A stretch of DNA of 64,000 nt from Chrysomallon squamiferum (taxonomy: Eukaryota > Animalia > Mollusca), in assembly GCA_012295275.1 (NCBI GenBank), contig CM022671.1, forward strand, positions 10,974,001 through 11,038,000, in the 5' to 3' direction. Of the stretch, positions 54,081-64,000 are shown in pieces. Position 1 is the stretch's first letter, and each line of letters opens with the position of its first letter. The notes under the pieces were generated by a model. The model ran no database searches. It had not been told where the DNA came from and worked only from the letters and a program-made list of their open reading frames with translations. Made by a program: the position numbers and the translations under genes.

Positions 54081-56286
54081 AGTGTAAGTGTATACATGAA
54101 TACATACAAATATTTGCAAATGCATACACGTATGCACCGGTATTTATACATACGTGCGTAGAAATATAAATGTATTTGAAAAATAAAAGATTAGTTAGCT
54201 TCACGACCAAATATTTGATATCTTATTCATTATGAACTAGTATGTCACGTCACGCCACTGGGATACAGTGATAGTCTATTAATCTGATGCACTGAGCTTG
54301 TGAAAACAATGTTTGACTGTAGAGAATACCTTAAGGAAATGTACAGCAAAGTCTGCGACCTACTAGGTGGTATTAAATTACTCTCAAACGGCTTCAGATT
54401 ACTTACATTTCACATTATAACAAGTGTACGTAGAATCCTGTTGTAAACGAATACAAACGAAATAATATTGATTCGAGATGTTTTAACTAAAAGACAAATA
54501 CAAACGGAAAGATGGGTCTTTCTGTGTCAACTCACCCATCTTAGATTTACTGACAGGTCGAATTCACGTTAAAAAAAAAAAAGTCAAAAGGCTACCACAA
54601 TTTAGTTGCGCCTATCAAGGAAATAATAAGAGATTTAGAATTCCTATTAAGTAAGCTTTCCAGTGACATCAATTTTATTAAAACTGAGCTACTGATTCCA
54701 AGATGCCCATTTATTGACAAAAGGCCAAAATTTGTGTCCCATATCTCCAAAAGTACTGCCCCGATTGAACTAATATTTAAGTGTACTACCAGTTTCAGCA
54801 AAATCTAAGATAGTGAGCTCAAAATTTTACTTTTTGAGGGTGTGATGATTTTACATGGAATGGTCCAATTATCTACATCGTTTTGGGGATTTATATATTT
54901 TTCACCGGGAAGATAAATATTAAAGTTGCAATCATACCTTCAAAGATATTTAAAAAAAAAAAAAATTTGTGCGTGAAATTTATTCTTTCTAATTTACTAA
55001 ATTATCTTTCATAAGGTTAAAAAAAGCTATAACTTACAGAACAGTTGATGAATGTACTTATTATGGTAATATAATAATTGAATTTTCAACATCTCTCTCA
55101 TTCTCTCACTCACAAACACAAACACACACAGGCACACGCACGCACGCACACACACACATACACAGGCACAAACACAAACACAAACTCAGACAAAAACGCA
55201 GGCGCGTATATTCGGCTGCATACACATCCAGTATTTTTGTTACATTTTTGTTTCTCGGTTTTGTTGATCTTAACAAAAGAATTGTCGAGAAAATGCATCT
55301 ATTACCTCAACTAATACAACGCGTCTAAACTCAAACGAGGCAATTCAGTGGACACAGCTGTCAGTAGGTAGTTCATTGTAATTTGAAATTACACTAGCAA
55401 GAAGTGGAAACATCTCAAAGGTTTCTGAAACCTTATGAAATAATAACTCCTCTGAAACCTCTGGGGTTATGATGACACTGCCGTTTTTATAATTCAGTAT
55501 GAAATTAGTAGATTATTGTCTTGAAATGATCTATCATCTTGTGTAAATTTATGTGGGATGTCAGTATTTGTTTTTCGTAGTGTCTCTGGTTCGGTAGCCA
55601 TTTAAGAGTAAGAAAAATTCTTGATAGAAGTTAATTCATTTGCGTTCGTTCACATAACGACGAATCCCATGACCAATTTACAAAACTGACTAGTATCTTA
55701 ATAATAGACATACAATGGCTGATCTTTCCTTTGTGACCGTTTTAACAGAAAAGTATTGGAAGATATTTGATAAGTAAATTCATCAAAATGCTGTGTAAAA
55801 TATAGCTTATATTACAGTTAAAGTGTAAACAAATACATTTTATTCAGTTCATAAGCTTTATAACCCCAAACTAATCCATTTTCAATAAGATATTACGAAT
55901 TTATTCTAACATGTTTTATCAAAAATTATCTGAGGAGCATTTGTTTAGATTATATTTACTTTGGGCTATGGTAGACGTTTCTTGTCTCCAAGCATCACAA
56001 TTTATCAGTTCAGATTAATGCTGTCATCAACACGATGGTAAATTTCAAAATTTTAGAATGCATCTAACCATCATACAAAGTGTTCTGGCCTCTGTGACGT
56101 GAACATTATAAGATTACAGCTGTTTTAGCGCGCTGTGAGACTGGAACTGTCGTTCTGGGAAGTCTCGAGAGAGTTTCAGTCTTCCTAATGACGATGCAAA
56201 AAGGATGAAATTGTCTTTTGTCGTACTCACATCAGTCATACTTACTAAACACACCGAGTTAGCAGAATGACCTAACTCAGTGTGCG

Positions 56287-56506
56287 CACACATACAAACA
56301 TACACACACTTACATATATATATACAGACACACGCACTCACAAACACTCATATATACATGCACACACACAATATATATATATATATATATATACATACAC
56401 CACCACACAAACACACATACATACATACAATACATACATACATACATACATACATACATACATACATACATACATACATACATACATGCATACTTACATA
56501 CGTACA
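56287..56506. repeat. Compound (CA)n/(TA)n/(TACA)n low-complexity tract
   Basis: Directly visible. Confidence 0.9.
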
Positions 56507-57135
56507 TAGATATTTACTGCGAATTCTTACTAATACAACAGGAAAACACTGAGAGCGATATCCTCCATAATTATCTACAAAGTATGACCAAAAAAATATA
56601 TGTATGTTAGATTCATAAATCAGGACTTTTTATCGATTCTAATTTCTAAAACAGAACTTTAAATCATTTTCAGATTAATAATCAAATCATTCATAAACAT
56701 AAAATAAATACTTACTTATGTCATACTGACAGTTCCTTGTTAATTCGGAGATAAAAATTGATATTGTGTGAAATGGTTTTGCTGAAGCTTAAAACAAATT
56801 TCAGTGAATTGCATTTATTACTTTAGTTAGCAGATTTAAAATGTATCTATCTATATCCATATATAATAAAATGAAATGAAACAAATAAAAGAAAGAAAAA
56901 AGAAAGAAACCAAGGAAAACATGCGTAGAGAGTGGCGTTACATTATGAAATACGTTGTTGACTAGAAGAACACGGTTGTTGACGTCATCGTGTTGATTCA
57001 CAGACTCCTGAGAAACAAATCGCAGACACACGACTAATAACTGTCTAGCGATGATCTGCAGGCTTAACTCTTTGACAATGAAAATTCATAGACAATGCCA
57101 TCACGTTCTCATATTGCAAATATGTTCACCTACTA

Positions 57136-57199
<64 letters not shown>

Positions 57200-58656
57200 C
57201 TAAGTATTTATAAATCAGTTTACTTAAATAAATAGCTATTTATCTTCTACATAGAGTATATCTACTTAAGTTATTTGTCAGCACTTTCTCCAAGTTAACA
57301 ACAAATGCTATGACGTTTCGTTATTATCTATATCCTTCTTTATGGGTTTCTTTTCTTCTTTCATTTATTCATTCTTTTTCTTTCTTTCTTTCCTTTTTAT
57401 GTACTGGCTGCAATTCTTCGACGTTTGTCTGATTAAGAATGGGATCCAGATAACCCATCTGCAGAATATTGTCAACGATATGCATTTATTTTTTTAATAC
57501 TGTCTCTACAAATCAATCAACAATGAAATGACTTATTATGAAATAAATAAGCAAGTATGTATGTATTTTTCTAGGTCTAACAAAGATTTTTTAACAATGA
57601 TTTGATGATTAATGTCAGTTATAAATCCAGAACGTGAATTAAAGGTCAGGCAGAGAAAATAGAAAAACATAACAGCAGTCTCTCTCTCAATACAAACATA
57701 AATAAATACATATCTCTTGAGTTTAACATTTTATTTTCATTAGGTACGTGAAAACAACATTGCCCACACGGTATTACAAATATTAATCATTTAAAAATAT
57801 GCTTATTTACATACCTGAATACCTGTATTGTCTGAGATTAATCCAGATACGAAGGTTTCAACAAGAAATAATGCGGTAATTAAAGACACTAGTTTCATTA
57901 CAATGTTCGTTCGGGGGCAAAGCTGGATCAAAACTCCTTGGTGTGTGGAAAATAATTATTATAATAATTATCAGTTCACAACTGCAACCCAAATTTAAAT
58001 TAACATGATGTTTAAATTTTATAAATTTTGTTAAAATATCAGTTCTGAGAAATGATGAAAATAAAAAATAAAAATTAATAATAATGGATAAAAGAAATAA
58101 AAATGGTCTTGAAATATATAACAGAATTAGGAAGCGATGGATGGTTGTTATTAATGTGAAAACACGCGCACATACACATACGCACACGTTTAAAGTCACT
58201 ACTTTTCACCTGATTAATCCTTTTAAACAAGATTGCAGTAGCACGATGACAGTTATAATTTTCCTCTATTTATTTTTAGCTAATTTACTTCTGGTGAAGA
58301 ACTTTTAAAAATAAAAGAAACTGTAAATAATTTATATAATATTATTATGGAAAAGAAAATGTGGTTTGAAAATTACCTTTACATATGTTTGAAAGGCGTT
58401 GCTTATTAACTTGTGGCATTAAAACAAAGCAAAACATCAGATTATTTTATTTCTTTATTAATTATATAGAGGGCTTCTGACATAATGAAATGTGAATTAT
58501 TTACAATAACTCTGCATCAGAAGAAATCACAATAATAAAAGAAAAAATAGTGTGAAGATACGACCAAAAGCTAGGTGCGCTAATAATTTAGGAACGTTCA
58601 TACAACAGATAAAACATATTTATTATGCAGTTTATGCTTATCATTATATTTTAGAA

Positions 58657-58780
58657 ATGTTATGGAAATCACTTATGTTTCCGAAACAGCTGGCATTAAT
58701 CGGAGGAGCTGCTGCTGCCGTTGCAGCGGGATTTTATGTCTTTTTTGGGCCCAGCGATAAAGGAAAATCAAAAAGGAAAG
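58657..58780 (+). CDS. USP30: USP30 coding exon 1 (mitochondrial outer-membrane anchor)
   Basis: MLWKSLMFPKQLALIGGAAAAVAAGFYVFFGPSDKGKSKRK, donor AAG|gtaata, phase 1. Confidence 0.88.
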
Positions 58781-61700
58781 GTAATAATATTACGTGTATG
58801 GCAAATTTATATGTTGTCGTTATACATCGAATAATCGGAATTTATTGTACACCAGGAAATAGAAACAAAAGTTAACAAGATTTTTGTATCGATCCCTTTA
58901 CTTTGATTATGTTTTGAAATTTGTCAGGTAAAATTATTAAGAAAACATTCTTTTAGTTAAAAAGGGTTACAATTTCCCATGGTCTGCATAATTTATAGAT
59001 GACATGTTTCAAGACACGTAGGTATCGTACAACTGAACTGTGACTGCTCCTGTGAGTGTGTGTAACCAAAGGCAGTTTGATAAATCAATCGTATGATTCA
59101 AGAAAAGGTATCCGCGTACATGTAAAAGGTTATCTGTCCCGAATTGAAATATCCGTGATAGTTATGCTTGAGTATCATTGTTCTAACTTAATACATTTTT
59201 ATGTTAATATATTCATATTGATTCTCTGTGACGTCTGGGACGTTTGTGCCATTTGCTAGGCGACACTGCTGAATTATATACTGTATTATTATTAATAATA
59301 ATATATACACATACACACGCACATGCATGTAACAGTTAATGTGTTTGCAACAAAATAAACTATTTATTTATTGTTATTGTTTATTATTTATTTATTTATT
59401 TTAATACAAATTATATATTTTCATATTAGCAAATTGTCAAATTATTTGAAATAAAAACACTTGGAAGCAGTACAGCTTACAAAATTGACACAAACTACAA
59501 TATTTAAAAAAAAAGTAAAAAAAGAAAAGAAATTAGAAATCTTTGGTTTCTTTTGTTAATAGTCACAACACCACAACTTATTGGTTTTACTAAAACTTTA
59601 GTACTAAAAGATAAATTTCTTTAAAACTTTGTCTCTTTTTATACTTTAGCTGTTTGCCCTGGACTGGAAAATCTTGGAAACACTTGTTTTCTTAATGTTG
59701 TGCTGCAGTCACTGGCTGCTTGTCCAGCAGTTGTGCTTTGGCTTGGCAAGTTCATCTCACATGGAGCAGTTCTTGGAGGTTCAGCAGCACAGGACTACTT
59801 GGCAGAAACTATTTACAAAGTACTTAAAGGTAGTGCTTTTTCCTTCTTACGTCATTATATGTGCTTTTATTGATATCTATGTATGGTTTTCTAATTCTTT
59901 AATTTTTAACAAAAAAATTAAATTTATTTGTTTTGCAAGTACTGAAGTAGGTTCTATAAAATATTTTATTTTTATATTTTTTTGGTTTGTAAATTATTTG
60001 CATTTACTTTTAGTTTTGAACAACAACAATGATGATGATGATGCTTATGATCCTTACAGTCCCATAGCTGTAATTACAGCATTGCGATCTCGTCGGTGGG
60101 TGATTTCAGCAGAAGAGCAGGTTTGTGATCTTCTTCTTTACCTCTTCCACATGTTGTTTATTCAGTTTACACAAGCATTGAGCTTTGTCATCACTAAATA
60201 TCATGTTAGAGTATTTCAGTGTACAAGTAACAGTATACATCATTGTAGTATTGTGACGTACAAGTATGTTCTGTATGTGCTTCACAGTGGTGTTCACTGT
60301 TTACAGGATGCTCATGAGTTGTTCCAGGTTCTCACTCAGACTCTGGATGAGGAAACCTGCAGATACCCTAGTGTAGTCTCCCTCTTTGATGTGAAAGCTC
60401 TACAAGTACGTTGTGTTTCTTTTGTTCTTTTTAGTCTTTGTAATAATGTATAGTGGTGCTTTGAATTTAGTTGTGATATTTATGGTGTTATTTGATTATA
60501 TTTAGGTTTTTAAACAGTTTGTGAAATGAAATTAAACTAAAATTTTAAGAGATATATATGTGTTTATTGTGTATAAGTGTTTGAATGGGTATATGAATGT
60601 GTATGTGTGTGTATGTAAATGTGTGTATGTGTATGTATGTTTACAAATCTAACTTTAAATATATAAAGTATAAGTATTAAATAATTTTTGATGTGAATAT
60701 AATTAGAACAAATTGAGTATTTCTAAGATAAACATTTCTTTACTGTGTGTGAATGTGTCTGTGTATTGACTTCAGAATCCAGTGAACAAGTACCAGCCAG
60801 AGAGGGTTGCAGTGACGCGGTCGCGCAGTCTGCTGCCGGTGTTGCCGCAGCGAGACATGGAGCACCCATTCCGCGGCCTGCTCGCCAGCCAGCTCGACTG
60901 TCAGCAGTGCGGCTTCCACTACCCAGTCAAGTACGACCTCTTCGACAGCCTCTCTCTCAGTCTGCCAAAAGGATTCTGGGTAAATATTACCTCTGGTTCT
61001 GTGATAATTCAGCTTACAAGTGAATTTATGAATAGACAACAAGCAAATGCATTTAGACTATTTAATAGGTTATCTCAGTAAAGTGATGAGATTGCTTATA
61101 ACCATAATATGGTAGAACAGGTTAGAACCTCAGTGTTATATTTAGTGGTGAACAGTTGTGTGAAACATGTTGTTTTCACGTATTACTCATGTGGACATAA
61201 ACGTTGAGTGCTCAGGCATCGTGGTTACACTGTGGACACACACACTGTATTTATGTGCAGGTTACAACAAATTTGATTTTTCAGGGTTCTCTGAGCATTG
61301 ATCAGTTGTTGCGTCAGTTCATCTGTCCAGAAATCATAGAGAGTGTCAGCTGTCCAGAGTGTGTGAAGAAACACAAGACAAAAACACAGGACCAACCCCG
61401 GTCAATGTTCAGAAAAAAACTCACCCTGGGAAAAGTGAGTCATTTTGTGGTCATATCTGAGAAGTGCAACAAGAGTAAAGATTTGTGTAAATAAATGTTT
61501 GTACAACAGAAACTGTCAGTAAAACATTAATTTTAATAAATCAGTTATGAAATATGAATATTAAGTGTGAATATGATTTACAATAAAAACATTTGATACT
61601 AGAGAAAGAGTATATATCATCAGTAAACATTGAAGAAAAGAAAAACTTTAATTATTTATTTAAAAAAAAATGTATTATAATTTTATTTTGTTTTAATTTT

Positions 61701-62937
61701 TAGCTTTTCTCTAATATATAGCAAAATAGAAAAATAAAATCTGTTGAATATATATATATTAATGTTTCTGTCATATTAAAATGTTGTAAATATCGTGAAC
61801 TGTTTTCTAAAAAGATATCCGTATTTGTTACAGTCCACAGATAAATGTCATGATAAAATTAATTAATTTGAATCGTGAGTTTTCTCTGACTTGTTCCAGC
61901 TGCCACAGTGTTTGTGTCTGCACATTCAGAGGACTCAGTGGATAAACAACAGTGTCCCCGTGAAGCGCTACGACTACATCTCTTTTCCTGAAATCCTGCC
62001 CATGGATGAGTTTGTGTACACAAAAAACAGTCGTAAAGATCTGGACAACCGTCACGGCTTGTTTGGTGGCAAAGATTCCACTTTGGACTTACTGAGGTAA
62101 GTGACATCAGCAAAGAGAAATACAGTAATAACCTAAGTTCTGTTGAAGATCTGCTAACAACATCAAGTTCAGTGATTAGTTTTTTCCTTTCATGTTCAGA
62201 TTAATCATTTTTAAATTTCTGACAAGTTCTTGTTTTATTATATGTTTTAAGTGAAATATCTAATAAGGCAAGCTGGGTGATTTATGGCTATACAAATTTT
62301 TTTTTTTTTAAATATTATTTTTTATATTTTGTCGATTTATCACATAAAAATCAAAATATATTTAATATTTATTACGTTTGATAGTAATAAGTATTACAAA
62401 TTAAAGAACATTTACTCCTGAAGGAACTTTTAAAAAAAACATTCAATAACTTTTTAAAAGGTTCTTACAAATATTTCATTATCAGTGCAAATATTGATAA
62501 TAAGATTACAAATGCTGTTGTTTATGATTTTGTTTACTAAAACCACTGGTTTGTTGTGTTGTAGGTTTGGAAGCAGCACGGGTCGCGTGGCGTGCACATC
62601 GGCTCCTGTCAACCTGCTCCGCACACTCAACCACGACAGCCACACCATCGGCGGCCTGTCACTGCGCCATGGGCTGACTAGTGGACAGGGTGACGTCAAC
62701 CACAACGGCCCAGTGGTGAAGGCGAGAACGGAGTTCACGTACAAGCTGGCGTCAGTGATAGCTCACATTGGAGATGAGTACTGCGGACACTTCGTGGCGT
62801 ACCGGCGAGCGCCACCTGTCACGCAAGGCAAGCTGGGGGAGACGTGGCTGTACACGTCAGACGCCACCGTGCGCAGGGTGACGAGGGAGGAGGTGCTCGG
62901 CTCAGAGGCTTACATGTTGTTCTATGAGAGGATCTAG
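58657..62937 (+). CDS. USP30: Ubiquitin carboxyl-terminal hydrolase 30, 477 aa; join(58657..58780,59650..59829,60014..60120,60307..60405,60776..60979,61285..61434,61900..62096,62565..62937)
   Basis: Eight GT-AG exons with consistent phases (1434 nt). N-terminal transmembrane anchor LIGGAAAAVAAGFYVFFGP plus basic KSKRK, Cys box GLENLGNTCFLN, EEQDAHELF, HPFRGLLASQL, zinc-finger CxxC pairs, His box HIGDEYCGHFVAYRR, WLYTSD and AYMLFYERI; this combination is characteristic of USP30. Confidence 0.95.
59650..59829 (+). CDS. USP30: USP30 coding exon 2 (Cys box)
   Basis: VCPGLENLGNTCFLNVVLQSLAACP...; ctttag| acceptor and |gtagtg donor; this frame is not in the ORF track. Confidence 0.93.
60014..60120 (+). 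CDS. USP30: USP30 coding exon 3
   Basis: VLNNNNDDDDAYDPYSPIAVITALRSRRWVISAEEQ; ttttag| and CAG|gtttgt. Confidence 0.9.
60307..60405 (+). CDS. USP30: USP30 coding exon 4
   Basis: DAHELFQVLTQTLDEE...; completes the conserved QDAHE motif across the splice junction. Confidence 0.92.
60776..60979 (+). CDS. USP30: USP30 coding exon 5
   Basis: HPFRGLLASQLDCQQCGFHYPVKYDLFDSLSLSLP; ttcag| and |gtaaat, phase 0/0. Confidence 0.92.
61285..61434 (+). CDS. USP30: USP30 coding exon 6
   Basis: SLSIDQLLRQFICPEIIESVSCPEC...FRKKLTLGK; ttttcag| and |gtgagt. Confidence 0.92.
61900..62096 (+). CDS. USP30: USP30 coding exon 7
   Basis: LPQCLCLHIQRTQW...KRYDYISFPEILPMDEF; ttccag| and AG|gtaagt, phase 2 out. Confidence 0.92.
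62565..62937 (+). CDS. USP30: USP30 coding exon 8 (His box, stop)
   Basis: YKLASVIAHIGDEYCGHFVAYRR...WLYTSDATVRRV...AYMLFYERI*. Confidence 0.94.
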
Positions 62938-64000
62938 TCAGTGTCTCGTCTCTTCACCTGGTGGGAATCATAACTGTCTTTGGGGTTTATTTTAAAATAA
63001 AGGTGTAGACTGTGGATGATAGATTTCTTACTGTGGGGTTTATTTTTAAATAAAACTTGTTTGTGTTGTTGGTGTATGCTGCCTGTGGAACAAAATCGTG
63101 AAAATCTTTTTACATTTAAATTTCTTCATTGTTTATATGTGCTATAAATATAATTCCTTAATTATATCTTACTGTGATTAATTTCATTAACATAGGAATA
63201 TTTGTTTGCCTCAGTTATTTAGTAAATTATGCATCCATGGACATTCACCTTCAGATTATCAGAAGTAATTTTTTTCTGTTTTCAATTTCACGTCCTGCAT
63301 TAACTGTTAATTAGGCTCTCTGTTTTCATGAAAGGAGCATTGAATTAAAATTTGTGAAAGTGTATTTATGATGTTCACGTATATGTTTGTGATCATTAGT
63401 TTTGTTTTATTTTTTATTATATGTTTCTTACAGATTTTGTTTCAGTGAAATAGAGTAGAATAGTAGTGTATATTATTGTTACAAGATTAATCATTACAAG
63501 AGAAATTATTATTGGGATAGTCTTATTTTAATTGATTATAACAAAATTAAAACATAGTATATTAGTTATTTCATTTAAATGCAGCCATAAATTTTCCAGA
63601 AATACAGGAAGTATAAGTTTAAAATGTCAGATATGTGTGTATTAATCACATGCTTTGAAACCAGTAAATATGTAATATAAAACAGTGAGATTATTTCACT
63701 GAAATTAAAGTTTTAATTTACAAGATAGCTAAAACTATTGAAACTGTTTAAATGATATTTTAAAATGCTTGTAAATAACAGTCAGTGAAAAAAGAAAGAA
63801 ACCTAAGCTTGTATATATATATATATATGTACGTATGTATTATGTGTGTATGTTTTTGTTTATTTATATATAAATATATACATTTAAAAATAATTTACAG
63901 ATAAAGAATTTTGAATAAAAATATTTATTTTCTATATTGTAAAAACAATAATAGAAACCTTCTTTCATAAAGAAAACTAGCTTCTTTATTTTATATACAT

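Noticed and set aside
54509-54867. Possible old DNA-transposon remnant with weak inverted ends and a 9-bp hairpin (aagatgggt/acccatctt)
   Set aside because: The end-to-end inverted match is only about two-thirds identical and there is no second copy in the window.
56980-56987. Perfect CRE palindrome TGACGTCA between the prohormone gene and USP30
   Set aside because: A single 8-mer is expected by chance in 64 kb, and another copy sits inside USP30 exon 8.
59674-60453. 259-aa track ORF treated as a single coding unit
   Set aside because: It is a chance read-through of introns. It is in frame only with USP30 exons 3 and 4, while the Cys-box exon 2 is in another frame.

Overview
AT-rich, microsatellite-dense eukaryotic genomic DNA with spliceosomal GT-AG introns. 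It is invertebrate-like; a mollusc or other lophotrochozoan is my inference and is not proven. Most entries in the ORF track are artefacts of simple repeats. Manual splicing gives three complete, phase-consistent protein-coding genes, all on the + strand. (1) A 3-exon, 354-aa secreted protein with a signal peptide and Ig-like beta-sandwich domains (4866-11331). (2) A 175-aa neuropeptide-type prohormone whose signal-peptide exon (42514-42586) is absent from the ORF track and splices across an 8.9-kb intron to 51493-51947, with a probable non-coding first exon ending at 33230. It predicts two amidated peptides, [15 protein letters not shown]2 and [13 protein letters not shown]2, which I cannot assign to a named family; this is the best candidate for an undescribed system. 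(3) An 8-exon, 477-aa USP30 mitochondrial deubiquitinase (58657-62937). The rest is intronic or intergenic, with minisatellites (48, 21, 36 and 42 bp units), a two-copy dispersed repeat with an (AAT)n tail, a MITE-like element, and a sharp CpG contrast between USP30 and the prohormone locus. No rRNA, tRNA or CRISPR array was found.
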